Virus record (IMG/VR): IMGVR_UViG_3300022744_000020 | Span: 1-64,000 of that record | Length of the DNA stretch: 64,000 bases | Reading direction: 5' to 3' (one strand) | Shown here: piece after piece, positions 38,580 to 50,000 of the stretch | How positions within the stretch are numbered: the stretch's first letter is position 1 | Layout of the letters: each line of letters starts with the position of its first letter | Notes under the pieces: generated by a model | The model's database searches: none | What the model was told of the DNA's origin: nothing | Seen by the model: the letters and a program-made list of their open reading frames with translations, nothing else | Program-made: the position numbers and the translations under genes

Positions 38580-38981
38580 ATGGCAAAACGAGAGATCGTG
38601 AATATCGTGCTCGAATCCCCAGACGGTGGGGTCAACGACACACTCGGAGTAGGCGGGATTCTGGCTTCTTTGCTCAGGTCCATTTACGCGGGATTGAACA
38701 TCAAACCGCATCGTTGGCACGCACTGCTGATGGTCTACGTTCGGCGTTACAACGCCGACGTGGCCAGCCGGGGCGGTGGCAAGACACTCAATGCAGGAAA
38801 TCTTCCAGGGATGATCTTTGCCCCACGAATGTCATGGGGTACCTTCTGGCGAGGTATCCGTATTCTCAATCCCATTAAAGTAGACATCCAAATTACGCTT
38901 TGGTGGGCTGGGGATAAAAAGCATGAGGCGAAATGGGAAGTCGTCATCGCCGACAAGGAGGATACCTTCTTTGAAGAGTAA
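38580..38981 (+). CDS. Hypothetical protein
   Basis: ATG 38580 with GGAG ribosome-binding site; 133 aa. Confidence 0.72.
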   Translation: MAKREIVNIVLESPDGGVNDTLGVGGILASLLRSIYAGLNIKPHRWHALLMVYVRRYNADVASRGGGKTLNAGNLPGMIFAPRMSWGTFWRGIRILNPIKVDIQITLWWAGDKKHEAKWEVVIADKEDTFFEE

Positions 38982-39031
38982 GAAAAAATAGAGTTTGAGT
39001 CCATAATAGGCAACAACATTGGGCTTAGACC

Positions 39032-39580
39032 ATGCTTTCCATTGACCAAGCAATTGAGCGATTGCGCTCCTTGTACCCCTCCCCCCGTAACGCGGAGGAA
39101 ATGGGGTACTACTTGGAGTTGCACGAGGTGGACTTTGCTGGAGTGCTGCTGATCCACAACTGGACAGCGGTCATGAACGCAATGACCAACGACTCAAAGA
39201 AGATCGAATACTTCAGCCTTATGTGGGCCAGGATGCATGGCTCAGATGAGTTCAATGAAGATCATTTGATCGACAAAATTTCCAAAGCCCTGTGCTTCAC
39301 GGCTTTCGAGCCGGGGGCTGGCCGATACCTCAGCGGATCAGTGACTGAGTGCAATGCACAAATCGTTCAGACTGCGCAGTACGAAATGAGTCTGGAAGGT
39401 CAAATCAAAGATCCGTGGTGGTCGAAGCTGCTGAAGCGTGAGAAAGAAGGCGACGACGATGTGTATCGCACGATCCGAGTGATCTTGAAGAACAATCGTT
39501 ACCTGACGTTGTGGTATCTGATCAAAATAGGTCAGATTGGAATCATCCCCCAAGAATCGAAAGACGGAGAAACTCCATGA
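39032..39580 (+). CDS. Hypothetical protein
   Basis: 182-aa ORF with an ATGA overlap on the next gene. Confidence 0.72.
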   Translation: MLSIDQAIERLRSLYPSPRNAEEMGYYLELHEVDFAGVLLIHNWTAVMNAMTNDSKKIEYFSLMWARMHGSDEFNEDHLIDKISKALCFTAFEPGAGRYLSGSVTECNAQIVQTAQYEMSLEGQIKDPWWSKLLKREKEGDDDVYRTIRVILKNNRYLTLWYLIKIGQIGIIPQESKDGETP

Positions 39581-40341
39581 GCGAAGAACTGAACACCCCC
39601 AACGAAGAAGTCATCCCCCTGGACATCACGGAGGTCTACATCCAACCAACCCCGGCAGAGGTACAAGCCCTGGATCAAGACGCTGGCGTCCAGGAGGAAG
39701 GGGTGCAGATGAACGCCCTGCTGGCCTATCAGGAAGGTCAAGGTCAGCGTTATATTGCGCGCTTCCTGGCTGCTCGCCAAGAAGAGGTCTACACCCCCGA
39801 GACCGACGGCAAGAACCACCTGAACATCGGCCCGTCGGCCCGCACCGAACTCGGTCAGTTCCTCTGGCAGCAAGCCTACTCGCCGTTCGAGCACGCTGGC
39901 TTCCGCACGCAGTTTGCGTCCATCACAGCCATGCGTGCCTGGATGATGGGAAGCGGCCCCAGTCGCGACTCTCTGCGATACATCCATGGCGAGAACGCCG
40001 TTCGCATCTTCCGTGGAATGGTGGCGACCAAGGTCGACGGCTACATCCAGATCCTGGGGGATGCATCCTTCCAGAAAATCTGCGCCAACTCCAAGCGGGC
40101 CAGTGAGCTGGTGGGGTTGACGGACCAGTACGAGGGCGACCTGCCTATCTTCTCGTATGAGATGCGCGCGGTGGAAAACGGCGGTCCTCTGGTGCCGGTG
40201 GAAACACAGTACCAGTGGCCTGTCGAGATGTGGGCCATGATTCGCAGCACGCTGCAAGAACGAGTGAAGACTGGTCGAATCGACATCATCCCGAACTTCG
40301 AAGGTCTGCGGGCCGACCAACGATCGCGTCGTCGTGACTGA
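39577..40341 (+). CDS. Conserved phage protein (DG.nHlNi....TELG..L family, possibly NADAR-related)
   Basis: ATG 39577 with GGAG ribosome-binding site. DGKNHLNIGPSARTELGQFL...PF....FAS motif. Confidence 0.65.
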   Translation: MSEELNTPNEEVIPLDITEVYIQPTPAEVQALDQDAGVQEEGVQMNALLAYQEGQGQRYIARFLAARQEEVYTPETDGKNHLNIGPSARTELGQFLWQQAYSPFEHAGFRTQFASITAMRAWMMGSGPSRDSLRYIHGENAVRIFRGMVATKVDGYIQILGDASFQKICANSKRASELVGLTDQYEGDLPIFSYEMRAVENGGPLVPVETQYQWPVEMWAMIRSTLQERVKTGRIDIIPNFEGLRADQRSRRRD

Positions 40342-40366
40342 TGATTTTGTGATCTGAACCAACACA

Positions 40367-40413
40367 GTAAGCCACTGCGGGTAACACCGCAGTGGCTTAC
40401 GTGCTTATTTTTT
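40367..40413 (+). terminator. Intrinsic terminator
   Basis: 14-bp stem GTAAGCCACTGCGG/CCGCAGTGGCTTAC with a T-rich tail. Confidence 0.72.
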
Positions 40414-40446
40414 GATTCTATTCTCTTACCGGCAAGTCAAACCAGC

Positions 40447-41883
40447 ATGTCAAACGAATTAAGCCCAACAACTTTTTCCGTCGGCGCCAATGAAACGTTG
40501 GCGGCGGTGGACGTTTATACACAGCAAGGCACTGAGGTTATCAATGGCGTCAAGGCCCTGAATGCATCGGCCTTCGGTAACCTCAATCCATTCAAGGTTA
40601 TTCCGCTCAAGACCAAGATTCCAATTGTAGGGAGCTCTATTTACTCCCTGACGTCCACCGCCGCCGTAACGCCCGGACTCCCAACTTTTGTTGCCACTAA
40701 TCCATTTCTCTCCGCCGGGGTTGCTAAGCTTGGGCCAACTTCCCCACTGAAGGCTGCGCTCAATAAAGGGATGGACCTCAAATCCACGGTTCTGGCAACC
40801 GTAGGAAATGTCAGCTCCGTCATCCAAAACGCCAACCTTGGAACGATCTCCGGCATTACCGACATGGTAAAGGGGCTGACTGGCTCAGCTCTTCCGATTG
40901 CACTGAAGGATGTTACAGGTTTAGGAAAGGTGGGAGTCGGGCTAGTCAAAGAAGCAGCAGCTCAGGGTTTGGGTGGGGTATTCACCGCGATCGCTAACTC
41001 TCCGAATTTTGGTTCTCCTTTGGTTAATGGGATTGCGCTCTCTTTGGTCCCTTCTCTGGTAGCAAAAACCAATATTCCTCTTCTAAAGGAAATTGCGGGA
41101 TCTTCGGCGGCCCCATACGTGAAGATGTACAACCCCAACTTAGCTCTTCAAATGGCTAAGAATTTCAAGAAAGACGCAGTAGCCCTCAAGAAAGAGATCA
41201 AGTCTCTACCTTCTCAGCTTGTCGCCCAGAAGAACGCACTGAAAAATGAATGGGGTTCTTTTCAAGATTCCATGCGAGCGGGGCTCGATCCCAAGTTTGC
41301 CAAATCTTTGAAGTCCGGAGCAATAAAAACAAGAATTGCTGCCACGGCATCTCCTCAGGCGCGACAAGCTATGGCGCTGTCTCGCGGGGTAAACGTTCCA
41401 AATCTGGCATCAGCCATCACGACGGGGAAGCTGGTATCTGAAGCGGTCAATCTGGATTCTTTTTTTAATCTCACGACAAAGATGATTATCCAGAACGGAC
41501 CCAAAAAGGCCCCGTCTTGGGCAATGAGCGTGCGAAACGCCTTAAGCCCAGGCGACCAGGTTCCTACCGATCCAATAGACGCCCAAGTCCAGGCAGCTAT
41601 AAGCAATCCGGGATCGGTACAACGGTCGGAAATTCCGCCACCAAGCACCGCTGAGGTTCTGCAAACGGCAAATCCGGTTGTTGTTCCCACCCCGATTGAG
41701 CAGATGCAAACAGACGCAGCGTCACTCAGCGCCGGGGATTGGCGCCAAGCCGCAGTGCTCAAAGAAGTAGAGCGGCTTGAGCAGGAAAGACTGATGCAAA
41801 TAGCAGTAGCCGCTCCCGTTACGGGTGGGTGGCAAGCTGGAAACTTAGTCATTAATGAAGATGGAACTACCCGTTCTAACTAA
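40447..41883 (+). CDS. Probable virion (tail/baseplate) protein
   Basis: 478 aa, LAAVDVY N-terminal motif, Gly/Ala/Leu-rich. Upstream of the gp182-like gene. Confidence 0.55.
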   Translation: MSNELSPTTFSVGANETLAAVDVYTQQGTEVINGVKALNASAFGNLNPFKVIPLKTKIPIVGSSIYSLTSTAAVTPGLPTFVATNPFLSAGVAKLGPTSPLKAALNKGMDLKSTVLATVGNVSSVIQNANLGTISGITDMVKGLTGSALPIALKDVTGLGKVGVGLVKEAAAQGLGGVFTAIANSPNFGSPLVNGIALSLVPSLVAKTNIPLLKEIAGSSAAPYVKMYNPNLALQMAKNFKKDAVALKKEIKSLPSQLVAQKNALKNEWGSFQDSMRAGLDPKFAKSLKSGAIKTRIAATASPQARQAMALSRGVNVPNLASAITTGKLVSEAVNLDSFFNLTTKMIIQNGPKKAPSWAMSVRNALSPGDQVPTDPIDAQVQAAISNPGSVQRSEIPPPSTAEVLQTANPVVVPTPIEQMQTDAASLSAGDWRQAAVLKEVERLEQERLMQIAVAAPVTGGWQAGNLVINEDGTTRSN

Positions 41884-41927
41884 CTGGGTTTGGTTCGACA
41901 AATAACCCCTTACCCCAGAGATCACAA

Positions 41928-44033
41928 ATGCCTGACTATATTAACGGTCAAATCTTCATGGAAGCGGAGAAGATGTTCCGCGATAAAGTAGACCGATATC
42001 AAGACGCGGTCGCCATGAGAGATAACCAGTGGCTTCGTCACTCCTTTGCAGTATTGCCGAACTCCAATACGGTCAATGCCCCTAGTCCTTTGGCGGATGT
42101 CGACATCAAGAACAGGTCGTTTAACACGGCGATCTTTAAGTATTCAGATTCGTCATTAGGGGGAAATGCTTGCATCAATCCCCCTCCTCAATTTACGCCA
42201 TATGCTGACATTCCAAACCCTGGGATTTTACCCGGCGCCACCGACATCACGCTGGAGTTTCAAAGAGCACCCACGGGAATGGGAGAGATGTATTCGGAAG
42301 TGTTTGACGACAATAATCAAATCGTCCATTTCCAGTTTGGAGTGCCTCAATTTAACTCCCTGACTCAGTTCTTCACGGGGTTCTACAACGACTCTCTGGC
42401 GGGCTTGGCACGAACGGCACGCTTCGATGACTCATTCATTACGAAGTTCCTGAACTTTGGTTTGGACATCATTCGTGTTGCGATCATCCCCCTGACAATC
42501 CTTCCGATCATTTTCATGCAGGCCGGCAATGCGATTCGGTTCTTCCTGAAGATGCCGTCCTCGAAGTTCTGCTATCTGAAGCCAGCGATGCCGCTGTACT
42601 GGAACGCGGTGTCGAGCATGGTGAACCAGATCGGGGTGAACATGGGCATCATCAGCTACATGTCTTCGACGATGGCCAATAAGTTCCTGAACACGACACT
42701 GCCGCCGATATCTGAGCAAACCTCGATCTTTTCTTCAATCTTTCCGGAGTTTTCTAAAGACGGTGTTCTAGACGTTTACGCCGTAGCCAATCGGTATGCC
42801 CGACTGGAAGCGAGGCATCGTCGGGAGCTCGTCAAACGAATCGAGGGGACTGGAACAGAGCAAAGTTTCTACGACGCTATACGTCAGACGGTTTATTCGA
42901 GTACCGGTCTGCAGATGCCGGGTAAGGCCGAAACTTCTCCGTTTTCCTTGGAGAAGTATTGGGATAAATACAAAGACGCCGATACGCTATCTAAGAGCGA
43001 TTCCTCTTTGGTGGAGAAAGACATTCGGAGAATCAAAGACGTTTCTGGGATGGATCAGAAGCAGGCCGAAGAAGTCCTCAAGGGGGATTACGCTCCAGAG
43101 GTAGAGCAATCCGCTATGGAGAAGGTAATCGAATACTTCATGGCCAATGCCTCGGATGGTAGTGAATACGCTTCTTTCCGAGTAAATTACAACAAGTCGG
43201 TACAAGAATCGTTCTCCAATCAGTCTGCACCGAATGGTCTGGCCCAGCAACTCAACGCAGCCAGCTCCTCCGCCAGAGAAAAGAGAATGTCTTTTGCTGA
43301 CGGCAAAGTGATGGATGTCCCCATCATCTCTGAGATTTTCCAGGCTGTCGGCACGGTGATCTCTGGTGGGCTGGACATGCTCAAATTGGGAGGCATCATG
43401 GCCTTCGGGGGAAATGCCTTTGTTGATATCCCGGAAAACTGGATGTCTTCCCAGGCCAATCTTCCCAAGGGATCGTACACGATTGATTTGGTGACTCCCT
43501 ACGGCAATCCGATTTCTAGGTTCATGGATATCTATGTCCCTTTGGCAATGATTCTTTGCGGCACGCTTCCGATTGCCACCGGCAAGCAGTCGTATCAGAG
43601 TCCGTTCTATTGTTCTTTGTTTGATCGTGGTCGGGTGATTTCCAGATTCTGTCTGATTGAAAACGTAACCGTGGAGCGCGGGATTCACAATCTCAGCTTC
43701 AACGATCAAGAACAAGCCATGGGTATTCGAGTCACGATTGACGTCAAAGATCTTTCTTCGGTCATGACCTTGCCGATTCAACAGGGTGCTGGTTCAATGC
43801 CGTTGTCTGGTATTTTCGACGGGGAAAACTCCCAGGGAGATTACATGATGACCTTGGGCGGTTTGGCTCTTCGGGAAGTCACGGATCGTTGGCCGATCTT
43901 CACTCGCCAGCTCTCGCTCAAGCGCGCTGAATTCTCCAGCTTCTTCTCAGCCTCGCACTTGGCTTCTTGGTTGGGTGGTGGTCTAACTGGAACGATGGCC
44001 AGTGTACTGATGCAAGGAACCAACAAAACGTAA
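41928..44033 (+). CDS. Tail/baseplate hub protein (phiKZ gp182 homologue)
   Basis: SSLGGN.CINPPPQFT.YADI, GMG.MYSE, FGVPQFNSL..FF and YQSPFYC.LFDRGR motifs. Convergent with the gp181-like gene. Confidence 0.75.
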   Translation: MPDYINGQIFMEAEKMFRDKVDRYQDAVAMRDNQWLRHSFAVLPNSNTVNAPSPLADVDIKNRSFNTAIFKYSDSSLGGNACINPPPQFTPYADIPNPGILPGATDITLEFQRAPTGMGEMYSEVFDDNNQIVHFQFGVPQFNSLTQFFTGFYNDSLAGLARTARFDDSFITKFLNFGLDIIRVAIIPLTILPIIFMQAGNAIRFFLKMPSSKFCYLKPAMPLYWNAVSSMVNQIGVNMGIISYMSSTMANKFLNTTLPPISEQTSIFSSIFPEFSKDGVLDVYAVANRYARLEARHRRELVKRIEGTGTEQSFYDAIRQTVYSSTGLQMPGKAETSPFSLEKYWDKYKDADTLSKSDSSLVEKDIRRIKDVSGMDQKQAEEVLKGDYAPEVEQSAMEKVIEYFMANASDGSEYASFRVNYNKSVQESFSNQSAPNGLAQQLNAASSSAREKRMSFADGKVMDVPIISEIFQAVGTVISGGLDMLKLGGIMAFGGNAFVDIPENWMSSQANLPKGSYTIDLVTPYGNPISRFMDIYVPLAMILCGTLPIATGKQSYQSPFYCSLFDRGRVISRFCLIENVTVERGIHNLSFNDQEQAMGIRVTIDVKDLSSVMTLPIQQGAGSMPLSGIFDGENSQGDYMMTLGGLALREVTDRWPIFTRQLSLKRAEFSSFFSASHLASWLGGGLTGTMASVLMQGTNKT

Positions 44034-44066
44034 TAAGTGCAAGGGGCGCGAGCCCCTTGCACTTAT
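44033..44066. terminator. Bidirectional hairpin terminator
   Basis: 15-bp stem ATAAGTGCAAGGGGC-GCGA-GCCCCTTGCACTTAT between convergent genes. Confidence 0.75.
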
Positions 44067-44074
44067 GTTGTCAA

Positions 44075-47000
44075 TCAGTAATTCCGACGCATGCTGACGG
44101 GTGCAGCAGCGCGATAGACCGTTTGACTTGGCAGTCCTCCATTTTCAAACTGCGGTGCCGCCCTTTGGGGCGTTTGCTTTCTTTGCTCCGACTCATCCGG
44201 AACCGAGATAGGCTGTGCTGCTGTAGCCGGGGCTTGTTTTTCAGCACGACTATCTCGGTCTTGAACATACTTCATATACTCGGTAACCTTTTGCAAGATT
44301 TTCTTTTCCGTCTCTACCGAGTCTCTGAGCAGATTGGAGATCGGCTCAAGACTAGCTTGTGCCAAAGCAATCTGAGGATTCTCCGGTCTTTGCGCGTTTT
44401 TACCACCTTCAAAGGAAGCATTTCCGAAACCAAATTCCGGGAACGAGTTGGGTGCCGGAATCCTTTTCCTTCTATCTTCCCTGGGAGGCGCGTCCCCGAA
44501 CGACATGGTCGGATACCCGTCAGCCCTCTCTTTACTAGATTCTACTGGCCCGGATGAGCTAGAAGTCCTAGGGGGTTGCGGAATCTCCGCAGGAGTATAT
44601 GCCGTCTGTGCCGTCTCAGGGACCGTCGGAGCTAGGGTCGCCACCGACGATGCTCCAGCATCTCTCCACGGCCTGCTAGAAGCCTTCTCTGCCGCTTTTG
44701 AGGGCTCTTTTCTGGGAACGATCGCCGGTACCGAAGTCGCGCTCGGCGCGGCGTTTGTCGGAGTCGTCGACTCCTTACTTGTCGCGGGTCCCGCCGATTC
44801 AGAACCTGAAGACTTACCCTCAGATTTAGGAGCCGACGGAATGCTTGAAGTCACCGCCGCGACGTTTACCCCGTGTGCTGCTGCCTTGGTTTTGAGCTTC
44901 TCTCCAAATTCGTTGTAGATTTCTCTCAACGTTTTTGTTTCCCCGTTCTTCTTGAAGAACACACTGGAGTTACCAGGCTTCTGGGAAGGTCCAGGGAAAA
45001 TCCGAGCCCCAGAGAGGGTGTCGTTCGTCTTCAGATTCTTCAGGAACTTTTCAGCTCCGTACGGTCCGAAGAAGTGACCCAGGTGAATATCGGTTGGCGT
45101 CGGGTTCGGGACGATCTGTTTGATTCTGGCTTCCGCATCCTTAACGTAGTGGGCACCCATCAAGGCGTTAGCCGGACCGTCCTTGGGATCGTTGAATGAC
45201 ATTCCCTTGTATTTGCTACCGTACTTCTCCACCGTTTCGGCCCAAGTACCGGGCATGAACTGGTTCAGTCCCAACCCTGTCACACCTTGGACACCTGCTT
45301 TTGGATCAAAGCCGGATTCGACAGCCACCGTAGCAACAGCCAAATCTACAGGAGCACCCACCATCTTAGCAGCCGAAGCTACCATGGAAGCCACTTCTTG
45401 CTTACTTCCGGTCTTAAGAGGGGGAAGTGTTCCAGGGTTTGGATTGGTGTCTGGTGGAGACATCGCCATGATCGGCTTAACTCCAGGCGCTGCACCACCG
45501 TTTCCAGCAGTTTCGACCTTGGACTTCAACGGAGTAGATCCTCCGGACATCGCCTCTGGCTTTTTCTCACCTTCAGCTTTGCTAGCCGGAGCCGCGCCAT
45601 CCAGGTTAATCGTTTCAAACCTGGATTTACTCGCCGGAGCCGAAGGAGTGCCTGGAGCTGTTTTAGCAACTTGCGCCAGCGCAGCCATCGGTTTGGCTGC
45701 TCCCTTTTCCCCCACGCTGCCAGGAACGCTAGATCCCCCAGGAGAAGAGATCAAGCTCGATGGCTTCGAGGGTCCAGGAGCTCCGGCCGCTTGGGCCGCA
45801 GGAGTAGCCGCTGCCGCTGTGCTTGGCGATGCCGCTGACGGATCGACCGGCTTAGTGGTGACGTTGGGTGTAGCAGGTGCCTGAAGAATCTTGGTTGCCA
45901 TTTCCAAGTTTCTGGACCCCAAAGGAGTGCCACGGACAGAGCCCCAACCACCCCCACCTCTTCCGACGCCGGACGCGATTGCTGCATCCGCCAGATCAGG
46001 CCGGTCTTTGTACTTACTGATCCCAAGCTGGATACCAACAGGCTCCAGATGCCAGTCTTCCCCACCCACCGGTCTGGTCAAACCGTACTTCTTGAGAAGT
46101 CCCAGCTTATCCATTTCGGTTAAGTCAGGGCCGTGAGCATCCACAGCAAACCCAAAGCCGTGTAAGCTTTCTCCCGGTACCGCCGCACCCTTACCGTAGA
46201 GTTGTCTCAGGCGAACTTGCTCAGCGTGTGTGCGCGTCGCTTCATTCACTCTGAGCTTCTTCCCAGTGAGTTGCTTGTACTCTTCCGCTGCCCCGCTGAG
46301 TAGTTTCACGAACGTGGGATTCATACCCTCCATGATGACCTTTGGTCCCATCACCATCGAGGAGAAGCCATTGCGTCCATCAGACAACGCCCCACCGGCC
46401 ATATTCAGAGTACCAACGGAAGCCCCGGATACCCCAGGAGTCGAGGGTCCAGATCCACCTCCACCTCCCGTAGAGGTTGGCTTTGCCTCGCCGTCAGATG
46501 CTGCGGCTGCGGTTTGCGTTCTCTCCGCACTGATCTCAGCAAACGTTCTTTGCTTCGCTCCGGTAGTTCCTGCCAGCTTGTCTTTGATTGCCCTGGAAGC
46601 TTCTGCGGTATCCTTAGGCCCTGCAGGAGGCGTTGCTTTTCTGGCATCCTCCATCAACTTAACTTTCTTGACAATTTCTTCCAAGAAGGTCAGGTTGTTT
46701 TTCGTACTGGTCGGATCCGTGTTCAGTCGATAATTCGGGAACGGAGAAGCCGTGACTTCCCAGCAATCAGACATGGCTGCCAACTGCTTTGCGGTGTCGT
46801 ACTGCTGATCTGGTTTCAGATCCGACACGTTCCCCGAGTAATTATTCTTCCCAGTGTGTTGGACATACAAGCTGTGGAACTTCAGCCAGATGGGAAGGAA
46901 TCTCTTCTGGAACCACTTCTTCCAATCGTCTCCCTCAGTGTAGTAGGTGTCGACGATGCCGAACAAGCCGGCAAACTTCTCCACCAACACTTCAGGATTT

Positions 47001-50000
47001 CCATTCCAAGAGGAACTTCCGGCTTTGGAAATAGTACCTTCCGAAATCGCCGCTTCCAACTCCTTGAGAATTCGTACCTTTTCAGCCGTCAGCTCTGTCA
47101 AGCCATACGCCTTGAACTTAACTGCGTCAAGCGCTCCGAGGTGCCCCTCTTGCTTGATGGCCGAGTAACTCGCAACAGCCGCCTCTACGGTGATTTTGGA
47201 TCCAGCAAAAGCCACGTCAGTCTTAACGGTTTCTCCGGCAGACTCCTTCGAGGGTTTTCCGTCAGGCGCCAGGTTGGGATCTACGGGTCTTTCGGCGTTG
47301 ATCTTAACAGGCTCTAGTGGTGTCGCGGACTTACGCTTCACCTTATCCAAACCCAACTCTTGCATGACTTGTCGGATGATCGCTTGGACGTGACCACCGG
47401 AAGAAATGCCGAACTTGTAATCCAGATACGGACTCAGCGCCAAATGGTACGGACCATCTGGGAACTTCGCCAGATCAATGTACTGAAGGATTTTCTCCTT
47501 GTCCAGGGAAGAGATCTTATCCGTCGAATAACTACCAGCGATTTGCTTCATCGCTCCGGCAGTCATCAAGTACACTGGTTTGAAGCGTCTCTGATACCAG
47601 TCGAAGAAATGTTGAGCTTGTTGGGGATCAGTGTGATCCAGACCGAACAACCCCATGATTTCCTTCGATGGGAATTTCGATTCGTCGATCTTCACTCCGT
47701 CACCGGAAGAACCAACCAAAGGCTCAAGGTATCTCTCCATCGACAAGATGGCTTTGTATCCATCCTTGTCGTCCTTGTTGAGACCGTATTGAACCAGACG
47801 AATCTTGTCTTGAACCGTGAGTTGGTACTTGAAGTGCTGGTAGAGTTTGTAGCCACCGTAAGCGGCCAAACCCACACCCACTGCGGCAATCGTGACGGGG
47901 TTCGTCAGCAGCGCCAGCAGAGCGCTTCCACCCCCTGCTGCTGCGGCACCACCAGCTACGGTAGCTGCTCCTCCGGCTGCTGCCGCACCCGCCGTGGCGG
48001 CACCTGCGGCAGCAGCGCCAGCGGCTGCAGTACCCGCCGCTCCGACAGCCCCAGTAGCAGCAGCGGCCGCTCCGGTTCCCATTAAGCCACTGGCAACACC
48101 GCCAAACCCTGCGAGCCTTGCAGCCATTCCAAGAAGCTTCGTAAACCCAGTGAGTTTACTGAGTCCTTTAATTGCACCCAACACCCCCTTGCCCATGTCC
48201 ATGATTCCACGGATCCCGGCAAGCATGTCACCAATGCCTTCAAACAAGCTTTTCTTCTTGTCGTCGACTTTGTCTTTGACCTTTTGAATACCGCCCTTGA
48301 TCCGGTCTTTGAGAGATTTCTTTCCCTCAGCAGCCGCATTGGCGCGCTGGTCTTGCCAGGAACCATCACGGTCTCCGTCACCATCCTTGTCGTTCTTGGA
48401 TTTCGGAGCACCACCAGGAAGCCTCGTGTCGATCAGGTTGTAGATGTCAGTCAGAATGTCATTGGTCTTCTGGCTGGACATACCCAGACCCAGCAGAGGC
48501 CCTTCCCCAAAAATCTTTTCCCATCCACCCTTAGCGACACGTCCAGCAGCCCCACCAATCGCGGAGAGAACCTTCTTGCCTCCACGCCACATGGCCCCAG
48601 TGAGCTTTTTGGTCACGCCCCAAGCTGCAACGTGGGTTTTCCACAAAGCTTTACCCACGGCCGTGAGTGGCGACATCAGCTTCTGCAGAGGCGTCTTGAT
48701 CTTCTTTCCGTTTTCATCCACCAGACCTTGCTGGAGCATGTCGTGCGTTAAGATTTCATTGCCTTCCAAATCCATGACCGCGCCGTCGATTTGACTCGGT
48801 TTGAGAATTGGCTTCTGACTTACCTTGCTGATGTAGCCTCCGGCCTTCATGACGGCTGCGATCAATACTGGATTGGGTAAGCCCTTGACGTAAATGTCTT
48901 TGGGTTTATCCAAGAGTCCGTAGGCCCCTTTGGCAATCGTCCAGGGCAGTTTAACGGCTTTACCAACCATCTTGGTTTGCCACATGAGCATTCCAGGGGT
49001 GGCTTTTGCAATCGCCCCTACGACTTTACCCACTCCTTTGGTCAGAGCCCCAAGGGTGGCGGTTGCGCCATTCAGAAGCTTTTTGACCACACCCTCTTGA
49101 TAGTACAGCCTGGGGATTTCGTCCTCTTTGAGCAAGACATTGCCCTTGAAATCTTTGACCTCGCCCTTGATATCCTTGTGGGAACTCAGGGGTTTTCCAG
49201 ATTGTGCATCGTAGTAGAGTTTCTTCTTGAATCCGTCAGACGTGAGTTTAGGTTCGTCATCTTCCCCGTGGAGATAAACGTCTCGTGGTCCCAATCCCAA
49301 AGCCTTCTTGCCCAACCAGCCGATGCCTTGGAATTGTTTCTTTGTTGCCCACCATGCAGCCTTATTGATGCCAAGGACCGTAGATCCAGCCATGCCTAAA
49401 CCACGGCGAATCAAACCCTTCTTGGGAGATCCAGGAGTCGGTTCGAATTCCGGACCTTGTTCCTCTTCTTGTGCAGCTCCTGGCTTCTTGCGACGAAGGA
49501 GATTTCCAATCCAAGAGGATTTCTTTGAAGCGCCCTTGTTGCCACTTTGCAGCAGCTTCTCGATAGCTGTGAGTTTCTCCAGCGCTTTCTTCTGAATACC
49601 AACCAGGGCCGGATCAGCGCTTGACGCATCTTCCGAAAAAACACCAGGGCTACCGATAGATTCGGATTTCCCTGACCGTGCAGGCTGTTTGGGTTCAGTT
49701 CGAGTTGTCGCGGCTTGACCAGCGGGCCCAGTTTGTGAAGGCTGCGCCACGCTCGACACTCTCGGAGAGGCTACCGGATCCGCAAACGTTCGATTGGATT
49801 CAGAAGAACTCATTCCGAGCGTAGCCAACGCATTGTCTCTGACCTCTCTCGTCGTGCTTTGGAAGTCCTTGAGCTTTTGCTTGGTTTCGTCAGACTCGAC
49901 ATAACGACGAACATCCGAAGAAACTTCCGAAACTGAAGAGCTGACAGAGTCCATCAGCACTCGAGTGCCGGATTTCGGATTGCTGAGTTCTTCCGATGCT

